Assembly: GCA_951406725.2 (NCBI GenBank)
Contig: OX597820.1
Span: 123,876,001-123,940,000, forward strand
DNA from: Octopus vulgaris
Taxonomy: Eukaryota
Direction: 5' to 3'
DNA: 64,000 nt
Under the pieces are notes generated by a model that was not told the origin of the DNA, did not search any database, and worked only from the letters and a program-made list of their open reading frames with translations. Made by a program: the position numbers and the translations under genes. Positions 41,487-54,619 of this stretch are shown piece after piece (position 1 is the first letter of the stretch; each line of letters starts with the position of its first letter).

Positions 41487-42719
41487 TTAGGTCATCCAAT
41501 AAATAATGCCGGTTCCTTATACTTCTCATATTTTTTCAAAATAATGATAGACAAAGATCTTTTCTAATCTAAAATATACTCTCCTCCATTTTCTACAACG
41601 CACTTCCATCTAACTGGCAGAGTTGCAAAGTCCCTCTTCCAAAACTCACTAATCCGTGGCGAAAAATACTCCTCCAGTAGTTCTGACCGGATCTATACAA
41701 TTCATGGTTTTCCCATCCAAATGATTTTTAAGATTTCGGAATAAATGATAATCAGATGGTGCAATTTCCGGCGAATATAATGGGTGGGGTATCATTTCCC
41801 ATTCAAACTGTCCAGCCTTTGGAATGTCATCTTCGCTGTATATGACCGAGCATTATCCTGATGGAAGAACACCTTTCGACTTGAAACCAAAAATGTTTTT
41901 TTACTAGCGCTGATTCAAGCCCACCAAGCTGCTTGCTGTACATCTCATTTGTCATCATTTGGTATAAGTTTAAACGTTCAAAATGGACTAAACCTTTCAC
42001 ATCCCACCAAACAGATAACAACACCTTACGTGAGTGAAGACCTTCTTTAGCCTGGGGAGCCGTTATTTATTTCCCTACCCACTGCTTCGGCGTTTGACAT
42101 TTTTATAGGGAGCCCATGCCACGTCACCAGTGAGTATTCGGTCCAAAATAGTTTCATTCGTGAGACGTGACAGAAAAGAAGAGCACACATTCACTCTCTG
42201 TGCGCGGTAAGACTCGGAAAGTTTGTGAAGAATGCATTCACCCAATTTGCTTAATTGTTCGATGATATGAAGGTCTCTTTGAAAAATTAAATGACCAGGT
42301 CCAAAGTTCTCTACTAGTTCCTCAACAGTTACGATGAGATGTTGTTGCAGCAGGTTTTACAGGACGTCCTCGTCGAGCTCTACAGATATTCCAGGACGAG
42401 GATCGTCCTCCGGGCTGTAGTTTCCGGTTCGGAATTTCTGGAACCACCGTTTGCTTACGCTTATTGTCCAATCCCCATAAACTGCATTAATATTTCTCGA
42501 ATTTTCCGTTGCGTTGTTGCCTTTATTGGATTGTTAAAGCAAAATATGCCGAATATTCTCCTTTGTTCCCTGCATTACGGCTTTGAAAAACTTGCACTAA
42601 ATATAACGACTTTTATACTACCTAATTTTATAGCCAGTTGATGCAGATAGTTTATCCCAGCCCCTCAGACTCTTAGTTCAGGAAGTTGAAAAAACCGCAT
42701 TATTTATGGGATGACCCAA
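41487..42719 (-). mobile_element. Full-length decayed mariner (1233 bp)
   Basis: TIRs TTAGGTCATCCAATAAATAATGC and GCATTATTTATGGGATGACCCAA with TA flanks. LLSVWWDVKGLVHFE, PHPLYSPEIAPSDYHLF. Confidence 0.92.
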
Positions 42720-42875
42720 TACTTCTTTGCCTTTTCCAATTTTATATACATTTTAACACATTTTATATACATTTTATATACATTTATATAACATTTTAAC
42801 TATAGTTTTTAATTTGTATGAACTCTTACCCATTTTTTCATCGCTCTCTCTGTACACACACGCCTTTGTATATGT

Positions 42876-42931
<56 letters not shown>

Positions 42932-42974
42932 CATGACAGACTGCAATTAGTTTCTTTCTACCAAATATATTCAC

Positions 42975-43072
42975 ATTGTTTTGATTACCCCGACGCTATA
43001 ATAGAAGACACTTGTCTAAGGTGCCACACAGGTGGACTGAAACCGGAACCATGTGGTTTGGAAACAAGTTTT
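42975..43072 (-). mobile_element. SINE family A fragment
   Basis: AGAAGACACTTGTCTAAGGTGCCACAC...ACTGAAACCGGAACCATGTGGTT is the reverse complement of the family A head. Confidence 0.7.
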
Positions 43073-43309
43073 CAAAAATCGAAAAGCAAATTAAAAAACA
43101 GTATAACGATCTAGATATGTTAAAATTATTGATTCTTCAGATTTCCGCAAAAGCGAAGAACGGGTTTTAATTCAGTGATGGAATCACATCTCATTTATGA
43201 CCATATGTCATCGACCATGAATAGAAATGTCAAAAAGCGGTATACGGAAATTATTGGTACAGAACTAATTATTCACCATTGTTCTAAATACGATCAATTA
43301 CGGTTTGAT

Positions 43310-43710
43310 TAATTACTATCACTTTCTCATTTGTTCAAGCATTGGATTGAGGTCATACTAGAGCACCGCTTCGTTAGTTTAGTTGAACTCTAGTGAGTTT
43401 AGTTGAAACTCCAGTATTTTTGTTTTTGAGTTTGTTATTTATTCTATCGTTCTTTCATGGCGAGTTTCTAAGATACAGGGACGTATACAATCTAATACAG
43501 ATTTCGGATATTTACATACCCATATACATTTTTGTGTATACACTACAAGTTTCCATACAATTTCCGCGCACCGAATTTAGTTAGAAGACATTAGTCTGCC
43601 TGATGCTCGATTAGAAGATTCATGCCCAACCTGCCGAGCAGTGGAACTGAACTAGAAACCAAGTGGTTGTGGTACGAATTTCTTAACGACTTAGCCATTT
43701 CTGCGCTCGA
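43310..43710 (-). mobile_element. Decayed SINE family A, near full length
   Basis: Reverse complement of the head (43590-43710) and of the 3' body (43310-43500). Confidence 0.6.
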
Positions 43711-45361
43711 ACTTTTACTTTCGAATAATAATGTGGATTATCGTGATATTACAAGATAACTCATAACGAATGTCATCTCATTTCATCTACTCCTTACAAT
43801 TACAATTATGAATAACAGTAAGATAGCACATGAATTTAAATAAAGATAATTGAAGAAATATAGAGTTTAGGCAAGGCTTTTTGACTTGCACTATGCTTCG
43901 CAATCCTGGTTCTATCCGGCTGTGTGGTACTTTGGACAAACATCTGCCATTGTGTAGAATTTACTGATAGTCTATTACTAATATATTATGTTCGTAAATG
44001 GAACTAACTTGTTAATGCGCGTAACTTGAAAATAACATAGGCAGCACATACTGTGTCTGCAAATTCTCAACGGTGCCTCACTCAGACCCAACAAATTTAG
44101 AACAACTTCAGTTGAAAACACATGATGTGTTCCAACGGTTATCATCTCATGTAAATCAAGCTGCTGATTGAAATAAATGGCTCCGCGTTTCAAGCATAAT
44201 AACAGAGCATGAATAATGAGAAAACCTACCAGGAATCAACGATTGCTTTAAAAAAAAAAACAACATACTATGAATAATAATGGCGGACGGCTAAATGTCT
44301 CGAAATCTAAAAACTGTTATACTTGCCTGCCATAAAATAACTTTGTTTAAAGCAACTAAAATAACATCTATGAATCTAGACAAACCGGTCCATAGCCCTC
44401 AGAGATAAATACAGCACAAAATATTTAAATTACAACTAACCGTCAACAACCGGCGGAAAACAATTTGGCAATATTTTAAACTTATGATTACAATAATGAA
44501 ATTCTCTATAGAACGTCGAATAAACTTCAATGTTAAACATCATATATGCACCTCCTGATATAGCAGAAAATTAAGAAGTAATTGGTTGATTTGAAAAATC
44601 AAAGAAAGGAACTGAAGCTAATTTGATTCTGGGTGGATATATTTATATAGGACCGAAGCACACATAAACAATCAAGCGGATTCTTTTATTTCCTTTGTAT
44701 TTTGTTGTGGGTGATAAGATATATCAGTTGACGGGTGAAAAAGCTATGTCATAGTTTGGCCAAACAACTAATTTAAAGCCAACCGAAAAATGAAAAGAAC
44801 ACGAAAGAAAGGCAAAGAAGACGATTCAAAGGTGACATTGAAAAATGTATGACGGCAGTGTGTAGGAATATGATATGATGGTGAAGAAACAAATCGTATA
44901 TAATGGAGCCCACTATTTCAACATAGCAGGAATCGAAGAGTTTAATGATAAATGCGAGTGTCGAATCCTGGGAGAACGACTAACACAGCGATTTCCACAT
45001 TTTTCCAATCTGAGGCTGGGTGTGTCCAGTGCCGATAGACATTCGAAGTTACATACATTACCAGAAAACCCAATTCTGGTAATCATAAGCAATATCTAGG
45101 GACTGTCACGAACACACACACACACACACGCATGCACGCACACATGCATGCATGGACACACACATACATTGTGAGGATATTAGAGCATATTTCTAATACG
45201 AAATAATAATGTTTGATTTGTTTAGTCTGTTTCGGTATTCGTTCCTAAAACAATTGACCTCATTTTTTCTTTGATAATACAAGGCTATACAGTAAGTTTG
45301 CAATATTAAACTCAACGCTAAGTCGAAACATTCTGGTAAAGTGTATTGAACCAAAGCATAC

Positions 45362-45363
45362 AT

Positions 45364-45436
<73 letters not shown>
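45362..45436. repeat. (CA)n microsatellite
   Basis: Directly visible. Confidence 0.97.
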
Positions 45437-45439
<3 letters not shown>

Positions 45440-45454
45440 GAACGCATATGTACA

Positions 45455-46642
45455 TACACAAACTCTCCTGATTATTCTGCCTGTGACGAAAAGACAAACC
45501 TTTTGTAACAGTTCTACTGGGCACTCTATCCCAGTTTCCTTTATATTTCTCTTGATTCCTTCTGATATTGTTCCCAGGGAGCCAACAACAATTAGCACTA
45601 TCTTCCCCTTCTTCATTTTTCATAGCCGTACTTAAGAGCTTTGTATCTATATATTTTTTCGCCTTCCTTCTTGAATATTCGTGGGTTAAAGGCGCTTGCA
45701 ACGATGCACCTTGCCGACTACCACTAAGTCCGGTCTGTTATTTACTAGCACCTGATCTGTTTGGATTGGGAAATACGAGAGTATTTTGCTAGTCTCCGCC
45801 ACTGTCATTGCGGTTTGGGCTCATAACAAGTCGTGCCTCACTCTATTCCTCAATTTTCGCAGTTTCCTTGTCGCACTTTCGCCACAACTTGTTGTGGCTT
45901 TGGTCAAGTCTAGGGCATTTGTTCGTGATATCGGCAATGTTCGTATTCACTGTATTGCAGATGCGGCACTGCGGAGACACTTGCTGATTCCTCAAGTTGT
46001 CTCTCCAGTTCATGTCGAGAGCGTGGTCCTACGTTTCCAGTATAGTGCTCTCGGTCTCTTCTTTTAGTGTTCTTTCATCACGCAATCCCACCTACTTTTT
46101 CGAGCAAATCACGTTGTTGCTACATGGAATTGATTGTGTAGACCCTTCCAGCTTAATTCTTCTTCATGACCTTTTTCTACTACTTTTTTTGTTTTCCCTT
46201 TTCTCTCTGCTCTCAATTCTCCCTCGTCCTTGTCACTAACAAGATTTCATTACTTTGGGCTTGGTATCTCATTAAATTCTCGAGTTAGATACGCACGCAT
46301 ATATAGGCGTTCGGTGTCTGCAGGTGGGTTGTGGGCTCCATGCACCATTAAGAGCTTGCTTCACGTCCTGTTCATTTCCTTTAGTTCCGCCTGTCTAGGA
46401 TTCTTGCGTCATACCGAATTACTGCAACTACCGAAGAGTTAATTGCTGAAATTATGTTTCTGCCATTCACCTTTGAAACCAATATTTTTCCCACTCACCG
46501 CAGGTACTCTCTTTTTCTCTTTTCTCTATCGTGGTGTTTGATTCCATCGGCCTCAAGTATTCTCAGGTATCTATAGCTGGATTGACGTTGAATTGCTGTC
46601 GTCATTTCACCACTTGGCAACCATATGACCTCTTGGCAAGCT
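45455..46642 (-). mobile_element. R4/Dong-like non-LTR retrotransposon, 3' part with restriction-like endonuclease region
   Basis: YRYLRILEADGIKHHD, LLMVHGAH..ADTERLYM, RHDLL, NNRPDLVV, IVVGSLGTI...LLQKVCL..TGRIIRRV. Confidence 0.8.
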
Positions 46643-46842
46643 TTTGTTTTTGTTGTTATTGTTGTTTTTGTTGTTGTTGTTGCTGTTGTTGTTGTTCTTC
46701 TTCTTCTTCTTTTTCTTCTTCTTCTTCTTCTTCTTATTATTATTATTATTATCATCACCATCATCATTATTATTGTCGTTATTATTATTATTATCATTGT
46801 TGTCGTTGTTGTTGTTGTTGTTGTTATTATTATTGTTATTAA
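46643..46842. repeat. (GTT)n-(CTT)n-(ATT)n compound array
   Basis: Directly visible. Confidence 0.97.
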
Positions 46843-46847
46843 TTTTC

Positions 46848-47030
46848 AGGTGGCGAGTTGGCACAATCGTTAGCACGTCGGGCGAAATGCTTGTCGAGGT
46901 TTCGTCCATCCTCTCGTTCAGAGTTCAAATTCCGGTAATGTCGACTTTGCATTTCATCTTTTTGGGGTCAATAAAATAACTCCTCCTCACCCAAATTTCA
47001 GGATTTGTACCTATAATGAAAGAGATTATT
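46848..47030 (+). mobile_element. SINE family B, decayed
   Basis: AGGTGGCGAGTTGGCACAATCGTTAGCACGTCGGGCGAAATGCTT...GAGTTCAAATTCC. Confidence 0.8.
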
Positions 47031-48233
47031 ATGAGTAGTAGTATTAGTATTATCGTTATAATGATATTATATTTGATATCATATACGATATTATCATTAT
47101 ATTTGCAACACGAGCATTACAGCAGAAGGAATTTACAGGAAGAGTTTACAATATTTTTAGTGGATTAGTAAAATGATAAAAAAATAGGAAAGAGAAGAGG
47201 TGGAAATTAAAATAACAGTTAAACATTATACGCTAAATATTTGAACCCGGGTATGATGTTGTTCTCCTGATAGATTACAACTTAAACGAGAGCGAATGAA
47301 AGGACCCCACTCCTGGACCAATTTGACTACCTAGAGCACAAGATCTTGCCTAATTATTAATCACTAATCTACAGCTGCATGGTGAGAATACGTCCATTCA
47401 CATCAATCACTGACCTTTTGATAATGTCGCTGGTAGAGATAAACGGAGAGACAGAGAGAGAAAGTGTGTGTGTGAGAGAGAGAGAACACTTCTATTTTCA
47501 CACTTTCTCTCCCTCTTGGAATATAAACGTGTCACTGAGGTCTCAACCCTTTCCCTCTTCAGGAAATATATGTCTATATCGCGGAAATTGCTTTTATGAA
47601 CAATTGAGATGAAGCCTACTTGAATAAATATGTAATAATAAATGTTTTTCCTCGTGCCATTTCGACAGAACTAAATAATGTATTAAATCCAGACTAGCAA
47701 TTCAGATAAAAAACACAGTAATTTGTAATATTTATTGCTATTTTAGAATCATTACCAAGTTTGGAGTTTCCGTAACAATTGTAAGACGCCTTGCTTTTAT
47801 TTATTTATCATCGTTCACTATAATCGTTATATACACATCTTTTCTGTTATGATTTAAAGTAAATTTTCTGAATAAAAATATTCAGATATGACTGAATAAG
47901 TGGAGAAATAATAAGATCATATTTCAGTTTAGTCTACATAAAAGCCAGATAGGTGAATGTTAACATCAACCGTTGCTTGAAAGGTCTTTCTTTCGTTTAG
48001 AGCATAAAAATGTATTGATACGCAGAATCGTATTTGTAATAGGAGAAAAATTCCTTATTAAAACTGTTACTAGTATCATTATTACATCATTGAATAATCC
48101 TAGTTTTTGATTCCATCCTATCAACAACCAAATAGAAAACATTATGTTTCATGATTGTAAATAATAATAATAATATGGGCTTCGTATATTTTACCCCAGT
48201 GTCACTTTGATGGCATGAACTGCTCTCTCACTC

Positions 48234-48369
<136 letters not shown>

Positions 48370-48389
48370 GAAGATAGAAGATAGAAGAT

Positions 48390-49312
48390 TGAGGGTAGAG
48401 GAATATTGTGGGAAACTGCCGTTCTATACCATGCCTGAACATAATCTGGTAGATACTCCCTGGAATATGTGCAGCAAAGACACACACTTTCCTGGTACAG
48501 GAAGAAATACTATCAAGGGAAGAACAATTATATAGGAAGAGTTATCAGGGTACCAAGGATAACTTGGTCATTGATACACAGTTTTAAAGCATTGTAAAAA
48601 ACATCATACGAACATGTCTATGGCTTCGATATAGTTTAAGAAGGCATATGATATGAGACCTCATTCTTGGATCGTTGAATGCCTGCAGATGTTTGGTGCT
48701 ACTGACAACATCACAAATTTTCTAATGCATTGGATGTAAGAGTGGAAAAACCAAATTGTTATCAATTAATGTATTCCTTGCAGAAGTTAATATTAAAGGG
48801 TTCATCTTCCAAGGTGACTCGTTTTCTCCGTTACATTTTGTAATTGCACCAATACACATAACAATGACACTTAGGAAAGATAAGATGGGTTACCCATGTA
48901 GGAAGAAAGGCCCATCATTGAACCATCTTCTGTTTACGGATGACCTGAAATTGTTTAGAAAATCTTAAGACAGATAGATTCCTTACCTGAAACAGTCCAG
49001 AAGTGTGGAAGGGACATCGGTATGGAATCTGGGACACCAAACGCTCAGTACTTAATATGAAAAGAAGGAAGAAAGCAGCCTGCAGAGGATTGCAGTTATC
49101 ATCAGGAGAAACCATGTGCGAATCCGACGGTGGTGGATTTTGGATCTGGAAGACATTCTACACAGACAAATGTAAGTCAAGATCAGCGAGGTGTATCAAA
49201 CATCGGTGAAGATGGTGTTGAAATCCAACCTGAATGCCAAAAGTTTGATTACTGCAATGAATATCTGAGCAGTTGCGGTTGTCAGATATATGTATTTTGC
49301 GTAGGCTATTAA
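48390..49312 (+). mobile_element. R4/Dong-like RT fragment
   Basis: GTKDNLVID, FKKAYDM.PHSWIVECLQMFG, FIFQGDSFSPLHFVIA, LNHLLFTDDLKLF, LNAKSLITAMN..AVAVVRY. Confidence 0.85.
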
Positions 49313-49313
49313 C

Positions 49314-49365
49314 ATTATTATTATCATTATCATTATAATTATAATTATAATTATAATTATAATTA

Positions 49366-49459
<94 letters not shown>
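49314..49459. repeat. (ATT)n microsatellite
   Basis: Directly visible. Confidence 0.97.
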
Positions 49460-49604
49460 TAATATACTGTTCCGGTATACTAATAATTTCATACATTGGA
49501 TATGAACGCTAGAACAAGACACATTACGTGAAAAATAATTAGTAGGCCTTTGGAAAAAGTGGAAATGTGAAAAATCGGAAAAAGAAGAAAAGGGAAGATG
49601 AAAG

Positions 49605-50726
49605 CATTGTGCAACAAATTTCAGGTTCAAAAAAGTACAAGTTAAGTAAGACTTGTTTCTCATTCTGACCTTTATTTCTCCAGATTAGGCACCGACGTCC
49701 TATACCATGTATAATATACTGTGTAATATACTGTATAATATTGCGTGTTGAACACAACGTTGCAAATACTGAAAGTTACAGAAAACAAAACAAAAAATTT
49801 AGTTGGTATAACAAAACATATATTGGTTATGGATTAAATACACATCTCTCAGTTTAAACAACTTTTGTCCTTCGAAGTCTCTTGTGTGGAGTGTGATATG
49901 TTTTTATACCCCAGCAGTAGTCTGCCAACATGCCAGGCTTCCATTTTCCTTTGAATCGTCGCTCCATCACTGAAATATCCTGATGGAATCTTTCACCATG
50001 TTTATCACTCACATCACGAAGATTTTCTGCAAAAAATCCAAATGAGAGTGAAGCAAATGAACTTTTAGAGACATGTTACATGCCATATAATGATAATGAC
50101 TCAGCAGATCATTCACAACTTGCGTATAGTCTTCTGAACGATGGTTGCCCAGGAAGTTGTCGCAAAATTTCTTGAATGACTCAATGGCAAGCTTCTCTTT
50201 TCTCTTGAGATGTGTGATGAAGGTTTCATCAAGTACAATTTTTCGAATATGGGGACTTATGAGGAAAACTTCTTTAATTTTAGCTGGACTCAGGAAGGGA
50301 ATTTTTCTACAAGATATGCAAATGCGGAGGATTTCTCAAACCAAATCATTGGCACACCAAACTTCATGTGAACATTTTTTCCTGCATACCAGGTACTCAA
50401 TGCCTTCACACATTTCAAGGCAACACACATGAGGAGCCCATGACTTATCCCGGTTTCCTAAGTAACAATCGCAATATGCCTTGTATAACACTGCGCTTTT
50501 CTTTAGCAAAAGTCAATTCCTCACAGATATAACAGAATCTGTTTGGCTCATTTTTGCATTGTCTTGCACGTCAAAAATAACGTCAAAGAGAGTATAGAGT
50601 TACAATTCTGTAGAAACCATGCCTAATTCAACAAGAAAAAAAAAAGGCCAGAAATGGATTTTGCATGTCATTTTGCATATAAAAATGGCCACAGATCTAT
50701 TGTACTTTTTTGAGCGTTGCACAGTG
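49605..50726 (-). mobile_element. Chapaev3-type DNA transposon, internally deleted (1122 bp)
   Basis: Minus-strand N-terminal Zn finger CKNEPNRFCYICEE...DKSWAPHVCC, fused to the C-terminus ENLRDVSDKHGERFHQDISVMERRFKGKWKPGMLADYCW. Termini CA(C/T)TGTGCAAC plus shared TCAAAAAAGTACAA. Superfamily name is from recalled motifs. Confidence 0.78.
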
Positions 50727-50939
50727 AAACCAGTGTTATGTTGTCATTGACCTCAAAGCCATAATAAAGCTACTTGTAGAATAGATCAACATATAGACGT
50801 CGAAAGTCTGCAATACAGCTGCTCAGTTCGAAGAGGGTGGTAGCTCGTAACTATATACTGTGTACCTCAAATGATATTTAGGTCTCACAGGATTGATTAC
50901 TTCTGTTGTTAATCTTACCATAACAGAGAAGTAAATTAT

Positions 50940-51160
50940 GTGTGTGTGTGTATATACCTTTGTGTGTGTGTTTACTCCCCACCACCTCTTCACAACTAGT
51001 GTTAGTGATTTTACGTTCCTGTAAAGTAGCATTTCGGTAGGGGTTACCGAGTGAATAAGTACCATAAAGTAAGTGCTGAGGTCTATTCGTTCGAATGAAC
51101 TTCTTCGAAGCGTTCTCCCATGATGGTCACAGTCTAATGGCTGAAACAAGTAAAAAGCTG
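50940..51160 (+). mobile_element. SINE family A, 3' half
   Basis: CCCCCACCAC...AATAAGTACC...TGGTCACAGTCTAATGGCTGAAACAAGTAAAAG, as at 52790-52825. Confidence 0.7.
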
Positions 51161-51494
51161 AAAAGGTGCTGACATTCGCACGCGAGCACACACGCACAGC
51201 ACACATATATGAGTGTATGTGTGTTTATGTCTGTGTGTGTGTGTGTGTGTCTGTGGTGTGTGTGTGTGTGTGTGTATGTGTTGTATGCGACGACTGATTG
51301 CGACTCTTATGCTTCACTTCACCTGATATTTCTGATGGTTACGCTGCTGATTTATACAAGAGTTCAAGTTTTTGTATTGAAGTTCTAATAAATATACCAG
51401 AATGTTCAATTAGCAAAATGTCAAAGACGTTTTTCCTTTTTTTTCTTGGGGTCCCACGCACTCTCATAATCTGATCCCGTAGCACATACTCACA

Positions 51495-51579
<85 letters not shown>

Positions 51580-51584
51580 GTCTG

Positions 51585-51616
<32 letters not shown>

Positions 51617-51729
51617 ACTATCTATCTATATATCTGTCTATCTATATATCTATATATCTATCTATCTGACTATCTATCTATCTGTCTATCTATATATCTG
51701 TCTGTCTATCTGTCTGTCTATCTATCTAT

Positions 51730-51799
<70 letters not shown>

Positions 51800-51845
51800 C
51801 TACATATCTATTTGTCTATCTATCTAGCTATATTTATTTCTATTT
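51495..51845. repeat. (TATC)n/(TGTC)n/(TA)n compound array
   Basis: Directly visible. Confidence 0.95.
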
Positions 51846-52074
51846 ATATGTGTATGCATAAGCATGCCTAGGCTGGTGAATCGCAGTTCGTCTTACAGAG
51901 ATATTTATTTACTGAGCGGGCTCTGACTTTAGGTTTATTTGAACGAAAACAACGAAGAAAGAAGTTACAAGTATGCCTGAAATAAGAAACAAATATCGTA
52001 AATATATCCCTTTTAACCTCACTGGTTAAACACGTGTTTTGCCTGCTGTTCATTTCGCCATGCATTTCTGCGTT

Positions 52075-52111
<37 letters not shown>

Positions 52112-52357
52112 ATTGCATATATCGAGCGAAAATCACACTGGTATGGCGAAAACTTATCAGGTTACGTCAAAACCATGACTAGTCAAAACCATAGGCGTAG
52201 GAGTGGCTGTGTAGTAAGTAGCTTTTTTACGAACCACATGGTGCCGGATTCAGTCCCATTGCGTGGCACCTTCAGCAAGTATCTTCTACTATAGCGTCGG
52301 GTTAACCAAAGCCTTGTGAGGGGATTTGGTAGAGGGAAACTGAAAGAAGACCGCCGT

Positions 52358-52625
52358 GACCCTGTTATCTCCTCTACTATCCCTCTAGCGTCTAACGTCT
52401 GACCTCTGCTCTCTGCCTGAGGTCAGAACGCCATGATAGACCGTTAGCTCCTACACGCATTTTTTTCTCTCCTTATTTCTCTCCTTGTTTCTTTTCTGTG
52501 TATCTTTCTGTCGAAGGGCGTAGACTCGAAACGTAAAAGACCTGCTCTATTTCTATTCCTGAGCGCCATACTAATACATGTGTTTGTTTGTACTCCACCT
52601 GTTTATTTTCGTAAACCTTCCCGTT
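52358..52625 (+). mobile_element. pLTR family 1 inserted at the SINE's internal (TA)n
   Basis: Homologous to 11880-12050; ends CTTCCCGTT(AT)n like the copy at 2890. Confidence 0.75.
52503..52540 (+). ncRNA. Minimal hammerhead motif with variant core CUGUCGA
   Basis: TCTTT-CTGTCGA-a-GGGC(GTAG)ACTC-GAAA-CGT-A-AAAGA: perfect 5-bp stem I, GUA site. Confidence 0.7.
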
Positions 52626-53411
52626 ATATATATATATATGTGAGTGTGTGTGTGTCCGCCCGCGTTTTTCCCCCCAAAATCGCTTGACAACCGATGCTGG
52701 TGGGTTCGGCAAAAGAGAACGATAGAAGTACTAGGCTTACAAAGAATAAGTCCCGGGGTCCATTTGCTTGACTAAATGCGGTGCTCCAGCATGGCCACAG
52801 TCAAATGACTGAAACAAGTAAAAGAGTAGTCGTTGTCACGCCCTCTAACTGTAGGAGCAAAATTTGCATATATCGTTCAGCACAAGGTTCTGAATCAAAA
52901 GTTAACTGCCTCTAGCACGTTCTTGCACTTTTATTTCGGCCCCCTTTTCAAGAATTGAAATTCATGTATATATTTTTCTCAATTTGAAAGCAATACAAAA
53001 TAACCTAGACAAAATTTATTTCTTTCAAACATTTCAGGCAATATTACTTGTCAGCTATAATGACTCAATAGAGAATTATTATAGAACGTTCACGTGGCAT
53101 ACAAGTAAAGACCCAATTCTTTGTTTAGCTACACAGAAATATATTTCGTTTTACTATTCTGCTGAATTGGATGCTCGCTTTGTCCTTTACTTTTGAAATT
53201 TACAGCTTTATTTTTTTACCAATCGTTTTATTCTTTCATTATTTAGCTTTATTTAATACTCGCGCGCGCACAGACATTCATAAACATATTTATAAATACG
53301 CTCATACACGCACTAACGCGTATATTCGCATAAATGTGTGGCTATGTACATATGCGTGTTTCTACATGTATATATGTATATTCATGTATGTATATATATA
53401 TATACATATAT

Positions 53412-53483
<72 letters not shown>

Positions 53484-54619
53484 GTACATACATATATGCA
53501 TACATATAATGTGTATATGTGCTTGTCATTTTTTATCCTCTCGATATTTCCGCCTTCATTATATTTTACTTCATTCAATGCTGTCTTTCTATTTAAAGGA
53601 AACACATTTACAACAGACAAAATTGAAAAGAAAGAAAAAAAACGAAGATGAATTTAAACTAAGATTTCTTTTCCATGCTATTTCATGCAAACAAAGAATT
53701 CGGTCATCTATTCGTTATTTCATTACGGTGGGGTTCATATAATTATTTCTTTAGACAACGTTACCAACCTTTTTCGTAAAGACAAGCTAAAACCAAATAA
53801 CGTCAAATAAAACATAAAAATATAATAGAGTTGGTTGCCATTTATTTCGATATTTCTCATTTCTTTGTACATTTCTTTTCATCATCTTTATTTTTTGTAT
53901 TTTTGAATTCATTATCCAATCATTATGCGCCTTCTCTAATATATTTCTCCCTTATTACATCTCCAATCTTGTCTCTCACCCGCTTTTTATTATTATATTA
54001 GGCATGAAAGTGATGTCCTTATAGAAAGCTAATTTCAAAGCAACGTCTCGTTAGTGCTATTGCGTTAGGTTTCTATACATTTATTACTAACCTAAGCAGA
54101 TCCTAATGTTTACAGAATTAAAAACAGCAGAAATATTAGAAGTAAGGTAGGAAAACATCGCATAAAAATGAAATGTGGTGACGAACGAAGTTTCTTTCAA
54201 GCATACGTTCCAATATTGGAAGAAAATGGTCGGTGAAAAATGTAATAACATTCTCTTTGTTTATGCACGAAGCCAGTTCTAAGAGGTAATTGTATGACTG
54301 ATTTTATCAATGTTTATATTACTAGTAAGCAATTCATCGACCCCAGAGATTCTAAAGATAAACCAATTCTGGAGATGGGTGATTTTGAATAATGATTAAC
54401 TCCTCGAAGTACCATTAAGAATTTCGTTCAACATTTTTCTTTTGTAGTCAACTTATCACTCAACAAATATTATTAAATGATAATTTCATTCACCATCTCT
54501 ATTAACAACAACAGGTTAGTTAATGGTAATATATTTAATACAATGATTTTCCAGCATATAATTATCAAATATTGTAGTAAAGCAAAGAAGAGCAAAACTT
54601 TATTACCTATGAAGTTCTG

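Larger units (their letters stand above)
52192..52828 (+). mobile_element. Full-length SINE family A with a nested pLTR
   Basis: GGCGTAGGAGTGGCTGTGTAGT...GGATTCAGTCCC head; 3' end GACTGAAACAAGTAAAAGAG. Confidence 0.9.

Noticed and set aside
43978-44230. Possible minus-strand exon (AG...CA|GTATGT, open frame)
   Set aside because: Weak acceptor and no recognisable product. The plus strand (PTNLEQLQ...) looks as much like a Tc1-type transposase remnant.
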